64,000 bases of DNA from Klebsormidium nitens (taxonomy: Eukaryota > Plantae > Klebsormidiophyceae): contig DF236953.1 of NCBI GenBank assembly GCA_000708835.1, positions 110,990 through 174,989 on the forward strand. The letters run 5' to 3'. Below, one piece after another: positions 23,101-36,200 of the stretch (its first letter is position 1; each line of letters starts with the position of its first letter). The notes beneath the pieces are model-generated. The model had not been told where the DNA came from. It ran no database searches and worked only from the letters and a program-made list of their open reading frames with translations. The position numbers were made by a program, and so were the translations under genes.

Positions 23101-26100
23101 GACGCTCAGGTTGCGAAGTGGGTTGCAAAGATACGAGAGATAAGGAGACTGCAACATTCTGTATGCACGCTGGCTCAGGATCATTAGAAGGATGTATGGA
23201 ACTGAATCAGCCCACACACTCAATCCTCCTAGCCTTAGCCTACGTCGCTGCTGCTACAGTGCCATCTGGAATAACACGCCGTTGATGTCCGATAAGAACC
23301 GACGTTCATTACCACTTACTATTGGCAGCTTTTCCTGGGCAAAGAATCGAATGGGAAATCGTTCGAAGGCCTCAAGATTTTCAGTGGAACATTTCAGATC
23401 GACGACCAGCGTGACTCGGGCTTTGGATGAGAACAAAAGGTCCCCGAACCATTACGCTGGGACTCGCTTGTTCGACACCTTCGCCTTTTAAGGACGTCAA
23501 GGAATTAAGCGTTACAAAAAAGCGGCTCAGAAAAACAAGCCGTAAACTCCCTTCGCAGGAGAGCTCGGCGCTTTAGATCCTCAGTGCCCGTGCCACATCT
23601 GCATAGTATCTCGACATTAGATGTAAGCTCCCATAGTTGATGTTGTTGAAAACAAACGCACAACTCAACATTGCAGACGCCAACCGCTGCTCTAGCTTGA
23701 ACTTCCACTCCTCGATTACAATCCATTATAAATCTCGTGGCCTGTTTGTAAAGCAACGTACCTCCACCCTTCCTCGTTCAACTAGTAGTATAAGGAAGCA
23801 GAAGCTCAAAAGGTGGTGCCAAATCCAAATAGCCTTCGGGGGAAAGAGGCCAAGCTCAGGCGCCAAGATTGTGCAGGAAGTCGTCATAACCAGTAGTGCT
23901 CATAACCGCTGAGAGTCGACCTAGACGCAGGCGGTTCAGCAACAAAACAAGGCACGGAGCGTGGGACGTACTCTAAACCATTAGCCAAAATAAGCACCCG
24001 ACCATCTTGGCGGTCCAGCATGACGTACAAGCACCGCAAATAATGAGAAAGTCTCTATATCGATGATAGCATTGTCTCTGCCGCAACCAGACGACTGAGT
24101 TGAACGGACTTCATAATCCGACAGCACCCGTTGATAAAAACTTTGACAGCTGGCTGGCAAATGCAAAAATTGACGAACTCGCGTTACAGTGCTTCCCGTC
24201 GATTGATAGATCGCAATTTTTTAGAGTTCCAACACGGGGGAGCAGAAAATGCTTTCGTCACGCTCAAGCGGGCATACCCTCAGGTAGACATAAAAGCCGG
24301 ATCCTTGCTGTTTTATGCAAGAAAGGGACGTTGCCCAACAGAAAACTTGAAAAGAGGCAATGAAGTGTAACGGCTCGCGAAGCAGAAGACGACAAAGAAG
24401 GAAAGATAATCGGAAGCAGAAGGAGATACAGAAATAAAGGGGAACCCTGAGCTAGCAAGCAAAGAGCGACCACGGCTCCAGCTAAGCTTAAAGAGAATGA
24501 GGCGACAAGTCAAATGCCTTGCGACGCCATTGCACAGCGGCCGCATCAAAGGACGGAATCTACACGAAGCCTAGCTGGGAAATCCTCATCCACAGCCCGT
24601 GTCCATCAAAGGCATGGGGCTTAGCTCTCCAATCAGCGTTGGATACAAGTACGTGGATAACAATCCACATCAAATGATCAAAGGCCGCTAGCGAGAAACA
24701 GGACTGAACAATCAGACGTTTTCATCGGAGCGCTCACCCTCTCCGGGTCGTCCAACCCGTCGGTGTCAGCTCTCCCCAGCCTGACGTACTGCGTGACGTT
24801 CGGACCACCGGACAAGTACACCCCAATGAACGCCCCAGCAACGATTGTGTCCGCATACTGTCCGAAAGAAAAGGAGACACAAGAGTGAGTGTGTACTCTG
24901 AAAACGATTTCAAAAACACTCAAGACAGGAGTCTCCGGTGCGTATGAATCTCATTTGCTCCTCGTTTAGAGACATCCGGAAAAAGTCCTGGTCAAGAACC
25001 AGATGACCGACTTTTGAGAAGGTGTCCCCATGAAATGGTGAGAGACCTGAAATGAAGGATTCGTTGGTGTCTGTCATACGGCAATTGCGCAGGATCAACC
25101 TCCTTGCCTGAGCGAACTTGTGCCCGACCAACAACGTAGCGGAAACTCGCCAAGATGAATCACGCTGAACCGCAGGCACGCAAAACGCACTCCAACCCTG
25201 CCAGGAATCAGCAACAAAATACCTGACTCCTTCTACTATCATCTCACAATACCATCACCTCGCAATATCGCTCAACCGGCTTCTTCAGATTCGTTCCACG
25301 GACAGTTTTAATATCGGACGTTGGAGAAGAGACTTACAGACAGGTTGGAGCCACAGGCGGCGTCCGCTGCAGCTTTGACGATCTGGACCTTGTCGTAACC
25401 CTGAAAAAGAGCCACTTGAAATGTGGTCAGCCTGAGGCCTGATTTTCGCGGCGTTTGGAATAGAGCAGTCACAACGAAAGCCTTGGGAGAGACAAGCGGC
25501 GAGCGTACAAAGCAGAAGTCACTGCGCATACTAGGTCACGCATTGAACGGCTGACAAGATCGCCTGTCAACTTACAAGAGCAGAGATTTCCAGAGAAGGA
25601 CTTCCACACCAGTGACGAATCCATATGCCTATCCCAAACTTACTAGCGGGAAATTAAACGGAACCCGACCGCTGGCATAAGACACAGGCCTGCGCTTGAA
25701 TCGTGCAGCTGAAGACCAAATCAACCATGTATTCCGGTCAGTGGGCACACTTACCGACAGGAAAGTGTTGACAAAGGCCTTCTGTTCTTGTAGCTTCATG
25801 ATCGACCCGTTGCACCCGCCCGATGCTGCAAAGAGATGATGACACGTGCCATTTCGAAGTCGCATCATTGTCAGGGGGTGTCAGCAATATTTACACTCTA
25901 CAAAGCCTTCCCAGATCCTGGCTCTTCGCAACATAGGGCTCAAGCAGGTGCCACTGAGTGACGATTCACGATTGCTACGATTGTTCAAGCCAACAAGTGC
26001 TCTCGAGTCGCTGGGACTTTACTGAGAAGCAAGGACCAGGCAGAAGATCAAGCAGCATATCTACCAAATCAACCTGAGGCCACGTATGCACTTCGACTCA

Positions 26101-27576
26101 CACGAGTTGTAGATCCTTTGCTAGATGAATTGCGATAAGCAATTGAAGCGACCAAGATGTGTGATTTTGGAGGCCGTGCATGCCCCTGCACTCGCTCACA
26201 GGACCCGACCAGAAGCAGCCCCGAGAGTATTACTGGTCAGCAAACGGAAGGCTGTACAGGGAGTTTAGTGCAATGGGGTGATTTTGGAACCAGAGCTCGG
26301 AACCTACCGCAGTCATGGAAGATCAATCTCAAGAACCTTGCGTTGGTTTGGGAGTCTGACAGTGTCAGGTTGGATAGGCTCCTTTGGATGTTTGCAAAAA
26401 CACCTGCAAAAACGGGTGAAAAGAGGTTAAGATGGCACGGAAGACCTACTGAGTGAACCTGCCTTTCGCCGAAGCTTCGCTCTAGCGGTCGCTCTGAAAA
26501 GCACGTGATCACCAATTTTGCAGAAAAATCAGTCACATCACAAAGGATGTGCGCCGCTGGAGAGAGACCTTGGGATATTCGTTTCCTGAGAAGGCGCAGC
26601 AATGCTTAAGATCAAATGGAACGTACATGGTGCGACTGAAAAGATGTTGGCAAACTTTCTGGATGTACAACTGACCTCGGCAAAGACGACAATCTCCTGC
26701 GGTAGTAAGAAAATCTCTTGCCTCACAGATAACCTCGGCGTCAAAACCCACAGATTCATCGAGTTCCAACCCATGAAAGCAAGGGAAGTGGCATGGGGGA
26801 CTACCAGTGCTTCACTTTCTGTCTCTTGGCAAGCTTTTGAGCAGATATGAATCGTACTCGTGCGCCTCCAGGGCAGAACTATCCAAACTTTAAAGCCGAA
26901 TGATGGGAAACAAGCCGACTCACATGCTCGTAGATCTGGGGTGAAGAGGGGCTCGTTTGGAAGGCTCCCCGTTGGGAGAGGGGCAAAATTAAACAATTGT
27001 CCGGTTGTCAGGTCAAACGCTTTGGTCTGCACAAGGAAGTAAAGGCAAACTTTTGGGGCTCTGTTGGATCCACGCGTGGTGCTTTGGATAGCCATATTCC
27101 GTTTCCAAGAAGTCGGAAGGGGATTCCTCATTTATCAAATGTACCTTCTATCCTTTCCCCACTCACTGTAATATGATAACGTGATGCTCTTGCACGACCT
27201 AGATAAGATGCACAAGCCGTTCAAGTTTCCAAACACTGCAGCTTCACGAACAATCGCAATGACCACCTCAGCTAAGTCTTCAGGAGGGGACTCCCCAGAT
27301 TCTCGATTGATCAGTTGCCAGGCAAACAGGACCGCATGCACCAGAAAAGTGCATGGCGATTGCCTATCATTTCACACCCGTAAGTAAAGTCCCCCACTAT
27401 GCCCATCTTGCACAGTTTCAACGAATATCCATGTGAAGCAGCGGAAACAACTTGTACTCGGCGCAAAAAATCGAAAACTCGTCCTGTTGATAAGCAACTC
27501 CCCTTACCTGTGGGAATGTCAGTGCTGCCAATAAGGAGGCCAGCCATAAAAATCTAGCTCCGGTCCAAGGCGCCAT
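17115..27576 (-). CDS. Class III (secretory plant-type) heme peroxidase with C-terminal extracellular extension and predicted GPI-anchor signal
   Basis: Approximate exons: 27576-27508 (signal peptide MAPWTGARFLWLASLLAALTFPQ), 27025-26923, 26403-26307 (ARFLRLIFHDC, distal His), 25828-25758 (GGCNGSI), 25403-25341 (GYDKVQIVKAAADAAC), 24858-24739 (YADTIVAGA..LSGGP..VRLGRAD), 21622-21568 (LPSAF), 21222-21143 (EELVALSGAHTLGKATC, proximal His), 20730-20607 (DLSPTQFDTSYYK), 20182-20103 (GKGILQTDEGLY), 19496-19379 (FASNQTEFFSSFAVGLLKM), 18944-18871, 18652-18446, 17947-17488, 17182-17115 (SVPGWSVHVFISSVVLLLSVLL*). Intron phases are consistent. Confidence 0.9.
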
Positions 27577-29220
27577 AGCTCCTCTCCTTCCAAGCCACCA
27601 CCTCTTTTCCCTGTTCACTCCCAAAGACCTTGCAACTTTCAGACTGAGCGATGGATCTCAGTATAACCTTGGGCCTGCAGGACCCCCAATCAGCCTGAGA
27701 CGCTGGAAAGTTATATCACATGTACCACCTCAGAAACTTCTAACGAGGCACCATAGACAGCTCCTATAGAAGAAAGTGAGCTGTAATAGAGAGCAATCTT
27801 TAGAAGCGCACGACTTTCAAGCGCTTACAACCTTATCGACGTTCTACTATGTATGCACGCGGAAACCCTGTTGGCACCAATGAATATTGTTTTGCCAGGG
27901 CTTCAGAAGCATTTGCACAAGACCTTTTTAGAGGCAGCACTTGCCCGTAGATTGTGAAGCTCAAAATGTCCTAGTGAAATGCTGACACCTTATGTCATCT
28001 GCTGCCGTGCATGCCCTTACGGAAAGCTGTGTAAATAACTACTGGACCAGCTAATAGATGAAGTCACCGCCGTTATCTTTGCACCACCCTGCAAAATACA
28101 ACTTTTTTCCACCCTGCTACATTTAAAACTACCGTAAAGGTGAGCGCAAATATCAGCTTGCTCCTTCTTTCCTCCTTTTCAAGTTTCCAGAAGCAAATCC
28201 TGCCAATTTTCCAGATCTATCATCTCTGTCTCTTCTGCGCAGTTTGACTTAGGTGTGAAAACGTTGACTTTCCACCTTGGACGGCTGTCCTGCAACCTTG
28301 CAGGTGCAGCAAAGGTCCATCGACGGCTCGGATAGGGGTTTGGTGGGTGACGTGGCTTCGAAAGAAAGCGGCCCGCTGAACGTGCGCGCGTGAAGCTCAA
28401 TCGTCTTTCAATGCAACGAACGTCCGCGAATCATATTGCAGGGCAAACGGCGTCTGAGTTCTGAACTTAAAGAATGTTGCAGGCCACGACAGCTTTGAAC
28501 AAGTCGTTCTGAGAACAATCCGACGATTACTTGTGGAATGCAGCTATGCAGGCTTTCTACGTATATCCAGGCCTCTGAGTTTGGGCGATTGGGATGATTG
28601 ATAGAGTATAGTATATCTAGAATGAGCCTTGAGGTGTCGCTGAATGTGGAGCCTTTGGTGCTGGTTACAGTAGTGCAATGACTTGTAAGACGAGGCTGGA
28701 AAGCAATGCCCAGAACGTGTGACAAACCCTTCTTGCCTTCGGCACAATGTCGTGCACATGCTTCGAATTCTGAGTGACAGACTGAGCACTGAACTGAGGA
28801 CCTACGGGTGCCAGTAGCTGGTCTGAATATCTCTTGCCAACCTGAAATGATTTCACTTCGACTTAGCTAGGCAGAGAGGCGGGTGGCCCACATTTGTAAA
28901 CGCCACCTTTTGAAGTGAGGTCTGTGTGGCAACGTACTTACGTGGCTAAAAGATCAAAAGATGAAACAGGAATTAACATAGCTGGCCTAAGTGGTCACAG
29001 GCAAGTGTATCAAGGCTGTCAGCTATTGAGCGCCTATTGAGCAAGTGATAGCTGAGCATCCTCAAGAACGCTTTTAGATGTCGAGCTCAAGTAGTCGTAG
29101 CGACGGAGTCAAGCGGAGTGTTTGACTGCTCTGGATGTCTTGTCCGTGAGGTAGGGAACAGTAGTGACAAATTTGCTGGCGCCATGCAAAAGTCTCCCGG
29201 CTTCGAGTGAGCTCCTGTGA

Positions 29221-31069
29221 ATGGGGGGCTTAGCTCTAATGAGCAGCAACACGGGCTCTTTGAGCCCTGGGAGAGGGGGTGGTAAGGCAGTGATTAGCAC
29301 GGAGAAGAGCAGCCCGTTTCTGAAGAATGCAACGGGCATCATGGCAGCGATCCATAACCTGAAGCAAAGACTGGACTTTCTGGAACAAGGTGCGGCTCTC
29401 AAACCAAAACCATTTGCATGACATAGGATACATTGAAGAATCAAACAGTGCGAAGCTTTTGCAGCGAGAAGGATCTGCATTTCTGCAAGATGTGCGACAA
29501 CAAGCCAAAAGCTTTTGCTATCCCAGCAATCTGTTTTGATTTGCCTTTCCAGGTGTCCCTCAGCTACTTGTGGAGCTCTGCTAAGACATTTGGCGTCTCT
29601 TTTGCCGCCCTTATCAAATTTGCCTCTGCTCATATCCGTCAACAGTGACAAGTGTTACGCAGTCTTTCAGTCTGGTAACATTACACATGGAGCAACTGTT
29701 CAAGCGTCCGCTGCAAAGTAAGTAGAAACTTGACCACTTAACGCGTCTTATGCCACAGAGATCAAAGACGACCTCAAGGGGAAGCTGGATTACGAGGACC
29801 AGATTGGGCACCTGAAGAAACGGAAGGCAGAGCTAGAGACCCGCATCAAGAAGAACCAGCAACTCATGGTAAGTGGCGATCAAAAATCCCCATCTAAGTA
29901 CCCAGTTTGTGCGGCCAGTCTGCCGGGTTTTGCGGGATGTTCTGGACGATTTCATGAATTCTGCTTTCGGATGCTTAGCAGAGATAGTTGAGACTGGCTC
30001 GAGTTGGATCTGGTGAAGTATTTTGTTGAGTGGGAAGAGGTTCCGCTTGAGAGGTAGAAGACAATACATCGTTCAGGAGAACTGGAGAGTGGATTCCCGG
30101 GCTAGTCGTCTGCGGTTTGCATTTCTGGTGGCAAAATTGCCAGTTTGATTACAACATGATTGAGAAACGCACGGGCTAGTTTGAACTCTGCCTGCGCAAC
30201 CCATTGAATTGTCCGTGTCCGGATGGATCAAATCGTCAGAGTTCGTGGTGAACCTATCAAAAAAGTCTTTTTTGAAGGCCTGTTGGACTGAAGCGCTGAC
30301 ATGCATCAAAACGGACGATTTAAAATCACATGTACGCCTCGGGGTAACTTCTGCGTCGTTCATTCGTTTGCTCTTTCATCAACCTTGCTGGCTCACCTCT
30401 TGGAAAAATCCTCAATCTAGCAGTAGTAAGCTTTAGCAATAATACCGTAAGCTAACCAGCCTGGGACGGGTAGGGTTAGTTTGGGGGTTAGGGTGGGTTC
30501 CGGTGCGGAGCGGGTGATTTTGTGGGTTAGGTTTTTAGTGTTAGTGTTGGAGCTTACTATTGCTAGAGCTTACTATTGCTGAATTGAAGAGACATACCTT
30601 TTGGAGGACAGTGCAATCGTGTATTGCAAGTTACTCTCGAGGTGAACTTTCTCGTTTCTCAACTACGGGCCTCGACTTGGTCAACCGTCCTATCTACCGA
30701 CGAACATCCGTCTCAGAAAAGCCTCCCAATTGCCCAACGAACCTGCTGGATCCCGTTTCTTAGGAGCTGGCATTTCGGCCAGAATATGGGCTTGCTTTAT
30801 CAGGAGTTGTTCGACTATGTCGATCAGAACGGGCCTCTCATTTCCGATTGACGTTTCGAACTCATTTTCTCCAGGAAAACTTCAGCCATGACATCGGTCC
30901 GTTCGAGAGCAGCTACAAGGGCCTTGTCCGCGAGATCGACAGCCTGTACGGCGAGGCCAAAGAGAAGCACGCGAGCGCGCTCAAGCTGCTTCAACGCGAC
31001 TTCGGCTACCACGAGGCCTTCAAGCGGTGGGACGACGACTTCAGCGCGGTGCCCTTCAAGCCCAAGTAG
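29221..31069 (+). CDS. Short coiled-coil protein of unknown function (~115-155 aa); start at 29221 or 29341
   Basis: Exons 29341-29389, 29759-29868 and 30875-31069 splice in phase to MAAIHNLKQRLDFLEQEIKDDLKGKLDYEDQIGHLKKRKAELETRIKKNQQLMENFSHDIGPFESSYKGLVREIDSLYGEAKEKHASALKLLQRDFGYHEAFKRWDDDFSAVPFKPK*. Codon bias is strong and splice sites are canonical. Confidence 0.8.
30451..30538 (+). repeat. Short dispersed G-rich/telomere-like intronic element, copy B
   Basis: GCTAACCAGCCTGGGACGGGTAGGGTTAGTTTGGGGGTTAGGGTGGGTTCCGGTGCGGA...GGGTTAGGTTTTT. Confidence 0.65.
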
Positions 31070-33220
31070 TTACGCTGGGGGCGGGTTAAGAAGGGTCTGT
31101 GTTAACCTGGGCCAGGATAGGTTGTGTTGAAGTTACGGTGTTGCGTCGTCGTCGCGGTGCTGCGCGGTCCCCGTAGAGCCAACGGTAACCCTTGTGGCGG
31201 GTTAGCGGAAATACATTGGCTTGCAGTTTGTGACACCCGTGTGTTCATGGCGACTGGGCGCAGCTGAACCAGCGTCACGGAGGCAAAAAGGTCAACTTGT
31301 TCAACGCCCTTCAACCCACAGAAGGACCCAACCCGGCGAAGACAAAAGTGCTGATCTCGCTGACGAGCGCGGGTGACGCAGGACACGTGCACGGATTTGG
31401 GCTCCTTTCAATCGGTTTCAGGTGGACGGTATGAAGCCGGGTTCAGGAAGCGAGATCCGCAAAGACGCGATTCGACTTTCAAACGGGGGCTCGAGCTGGG
31501 CCCGGACACGTGTCACAAGCGAGTCAGCTCGACGCTTGGGCACCTCAGGCAGCTTGGGTTGGAGGATTAGCCCTCGCGGCATGCTGGTCATTCGGGTTGT
31601 CTTTGTAGAACTCAAAGAGAGAGAAATCTTTCAGCCAGAGGAGGCTCGAAATGTAGACTGGAGTTGTTCGCTAGAAAGTTCGAGGTCCCGGGGACGAGGT
31701 CACCAGAAAGAAGCTGACGTACGCGTGATTGGGGGCTCAGACGGTATGGTGATTTTGCCGTACTGTTCTGAGATGAGCTATCCCGTAGAACTGTCCATTA
31801 AGAGTACTGGAATTAAGAGACAAGCCGTAGGTATGGTTTGCCGTTTGAATGTGCACTCACGGACCTGTATCAACGGCCCGAATGGGATTTTACAACACTG
31901 GTCTATTGACGACAGCTTCTGCTGCCCCGTAGTACTGAACTCAGTCATGTACGAATGACAGTTGCCTAGAGGCCCCGTGTGGCTTTTCGGCTTTGAATCG
32001 TAGACCCGCATTTAGTTGGCCCGCAGATTGAGTGACGTGCATGCAAAAGCGCCCTTCAAATACATCCAAGTGCGGTTATTCGCTTTCTTCGTTGCGTATC
32101 CTTACCGTACTAATGCAGCGTACTGCTCATGGTGCTGCGATGGTGGTGAGCTTTGGTGGAGCCGCGCGCCCTTCACAATCCTGTCATACACCAGCAGTCA
32201 AACTTGAAAAGATGCGAACGGAATGTGTAATGAACGGGTTGATATCCGGCGGTTGATCAATCATTGAGGACGAAGTGCTAGCTCGAGGTTGACGAGTACT
32301 CATGAGTCATGCACTAGTAATCTGTTCTGTAATTAAAATTGGCAACAGCGGCGTTGGTCGAAATGGTACGAGAACGAGAAGACGGGCGAAGGAGCGGTGC
32401 TCAAGAGCAACTGCCGATGAGCATGCTGATATTTGAGACGCGCGCCTTTATTCAGCTATCTGAGCAGTGTCATGCCAGTATGGATCGAGTCCTGATTGAG
32501 TAGAGGCCGATGCTAACAAGCCATGCTGTCTAAGAATGTAGTCCAATCGTAACAAATGATCAGGAATGCCTGCAGACTTATGCACCTGAGAGCCATGATG
32601 CATATCATGCACGGATTGTCAGGCTGCATTTAGCCGTAGCTTGCGTTGCGTGTCATTACGCATGGCCGCATGGCCCAATTTTCATTTTCCTTCGACTTCA
32701 TGTCAGACGGCCTCGACTCGATCAGGGCTCGATCCAGACACGCATGACAGCACATGCGTGGCGTCCTAAGCGGCTTCCAATGTGTTCCGAGGCGCTTTTA
32801 AGACCTTCACGAGCGACCTGCATAATGCATCACATGCTGATAAGCCAAGGTAAGAGTTCGGATCATGTATATAATGTATCGGCTGGGGAAGGTTTCCAAG
32901 ATGTGATAAAATCGTGCAGTGCGTCCAACATTTCCCGTTTTGCTGTGAAGAAGCACTGGTGGGTGACCTTCACCGAGATTCACCTGGTCAAGTTACGTGC
33001 GTGTCTTGCCGGGGTAAACTGCTTCCTGCAATTCAATAGACTCCACACAACATTAGGGGTGATCTTTTCGCAACGTGAGCAGCAACACAACAACTGCAAC
33101 AACCCGCCTCAGATCTTGTCAATGTCAGTTATAAAGCCTCCGTCTAAAGACTCCGCCCGAGGTCGTATAGGCGCTGATTTTGGAGACTTGCCCGAGGATT
33201 GTTAACCACAGTTAACCCTA

Positions 33221-36200
33221 TCACTCCGAATACAACGCAACTCGCTGAGGTGACTGCCGCAGCGCCTGCACTCTCTTGCTTCCGTCGGCCTGTCGCTTCA
33301 CGCCGACGGAACCGCTGCCGTCACCGGAACCGGACCCGGCATCGCTGTCCCACCAGTGTCCGGTCAATACCTGCGGACCGGAAAAGCTGGACAGTGAGCT
33401 GGAACGGAATGATATCGACAAATACTTCCTCAGATGCAAACTTTGGCTTCCGTCCTTTGGACGCTCTCATCTTTCGTCTGACTGGGGCGTCCGACGAAGT
33501 TTTGTTACACGCCCAACTGAGCTGGTTGCAAAGATTGCTGAACTGCAAAGTAACTTGTTTTCAGAAGTCAAGTTCATGCGCCAAATGGAGGTTTTGGAAG
33601 GCTCCCTCAAAACTTCAGAAGTAGTGACTGTCAATCGTGCTCGAGAAGTTGACCAATAAGACGGGAGGGATCCTTTTGCCTGCTCTCGAGTAGCCTCTGT
33701 CAGCCCTTGGCGGCAGCCCACCGAACCTTGCAATTTTGGATCGGAGTGCCCAGTATTGGAAAGGGGGTTCATTACCTGCTCTTGGATAGCCTCAGCCACC
33801 CCCCCTTTGCACCCCGCCGCGTGCACCCGCGCGAGGCCCCAACAGCGCAACGAGATGTTGCCAGGCGTCAGGCCGGTGCATGACGTCAGGTTGAGCTCAG
33901 CCAGAGCCGGACACTCCAGCTCCAGCGTACGGACGTCCGAGCAGCCCCAGAGGCTCAGCTTCGAGAGCGTCTCGCTTCGAATGGAAAGCTCCCCCGGGCG
34001 GACGCTTTGGAGAGGATCATTTGCGGAGGGGTCACTTTGGAGGGAAGGGTTCGGCGCCGGGATCGTGTCGCTCATCTGGGAAAGCTCTTGCGGGGGAACA
34101 CTCTCCTCGGCAAAAAGAGGGAGGTTATTATCCAACTCGTTGTTTCTTCCCGAGGTAACACCCACGTTCCCGATCTGGGTCTTCTGCTTCTTTTCTGGAG
34201 GGGAGTCGTCGTCAACCGTCTCGATCGGTGGGCGGCTTCTGTTGCTCGCCACAACAGCCTCTTCGTCCGCGCATTCTCGGGGGATCCCTGCAGCTTGCGG
34301 GCCCGGTTGGAAGAGCGCGCCCCGCTGGGCGACCGGGTTGCGGCGCACCCCTGCGCCGGGGTCCGGGGTTTGGAGGTTTGGGATTTGACGATCCGGGGTT
34401 CGAAACTGCGGGTTTCGGAGGCCGTGGGGTCGAGATTCGGGGCTTTCACGGGGACGGCTTTGGAGGTTTGAAATCCGCATCCTAGTGGTTGGGGTCTGGA
34501 CGTTCGGGCTTCGGACGTCTGAGAGACGGAGGCTCGGGTTATGAGGTTTTTGGGTCAAGGGACGGGTCTCTCTTGAGACGTCTGGAAGGGGCTGCCGGAG
34601 GCGCCTTTGTGATAAAGCGGTGGACTCGGTAAAGACGTAGCCGCAGTCGAGCAGCACCAGCTGGCGCAGCCCCGCGACGGCGGCCGCCAGACCGTCTGCA
34701 AAAAAGAACCCGCTCATGAACCCGCTGATCGACCCGCAAACGAACTCACATTGTAAGGTGGCTGATATCGGAGCGCATGAAAGCAGTTTCCTATGTCACG
34801 GCGGCCGCCAGGCATCCTTTTTTGAGACCCGTTGATTGACCCGCTGGTTAACTCAGCATGTAAAGCGGCTGGAACTGGAAGCAGGTTGCTATGTTACGGC
34901 AGCCGCCGGGTCCCCTGCACAATTGCTCACGAGCCGGCTACCCCGCTGCTTAACCCAATGCCAAACCGCTAGTGTTGTAGCCGCGTGAAAGCATTTCGCT
35001 ATGCTTCTGGTTAAGCGCCGCTTTGAGTGAGCTGTAATGGAGGTAGAGGCAATGGTACGCACCTGACGTCACCTTCGAGCAGCCCGCGATGAGCAGACTT
35101 CTCAGGGACTCTGCATATCTGGTTGCAAGATGATGTAGGCCCACGTCAGTCACAGTGGACCTGCAAGGCTGATTGGACCATGTAAGCGCGGAGTCGGCAC
35201 GGACTAAAGGATGTTGAAAGATGGCCAAGCCCGGCTGCAAGAAAGCAGCCCTCCCGAGGCCCGCTACGACACTGAATGTCCTGTTTATTGCGCCGCAATC
35301 TAAGTTGGAACCAGTTTCCTGGCTGGCCGGTACGCCGCCCGACAAGCACAGATAATTTGCTCGGCAACAGTCATGAGGATGTACACGAGGAGATACAACG
35401 CAAGCTACCGCCTTTTGCCTCTTGGAAGTGCGATTCGAAGCCGTGGCGCAAAAGGGCAATCACGACGCAAACTCTCGCTGTTTCACCTCATCGCGATAGT
35501 GGCTTCCTTAACAAGAAGTGGCTAATCTTGCAGAAAACCCTTTATAAGGAAAGCAGCCCTCCCGTCACAACTAAACCTTTTCTTTTGAGTTAATGAATGA
35601 TGCTTCATGCAGCTTCCATGCAGCTTCCCATAATGGAGACGAGCATTTAGAGGACGCTCATTACCCGCTCAGGTCCAGGAGCTCAATGTTCGGACACGTG
35701 CGCACGATGACGTCAACGCCGAAGTCAGTCAGCTCCGGCGCTTGCGTCAGCGACAAGGCCCGCATGTTGCTGCAGAGGAGACGGGGAGGCTCTATTGCTT
35801 CCGTCCGCGAGCGCGGATCTCCATTTTCAACGAACGTCTTGAATCGTTATTTTCATCCAGTCCGGTCCTGATCAAGATTTTAAGGAATCATTGGACAATT
35901 TCTGGCAAAGTAGATCAATTGGGAGGCATGAAATTGACCGGAGCGAGTCGTCAGCTTTATGCGAACCCTCCCCTCGTCCAAGTAAACGCTGATCCTCTCC
36001 ACGTAAATCAGCAGACATCCAACATCATGTTCATGCATGGTTGATACGGTCTTGAATAAAACATGGCCACGTTCGCCGTCATTCTCAAAGCGGGACTGAC
36101 TGCAATACCCGGACCTTCTTGAAACTTACGTTTGCAACTCAACCGCGTGCCTATTCTGTGCCCCTGTCAAGACTTCTTCCTTTCTACTTGTTGCCAGTCG

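Noticed and set aside
28408-28725. ORF with TKGSTF resembling a helicase motif
   Set aside because: No other helicase motifs, no codon bias, and it sits in a divergent promoter interval; likely chance.
31373-32256. Cluster of 60-180 aa ORFs downstream of the coiled-coil gene
   Set aside because: No recognisable motifs or consistent splice phase; probably 3' UTR or intergenic.
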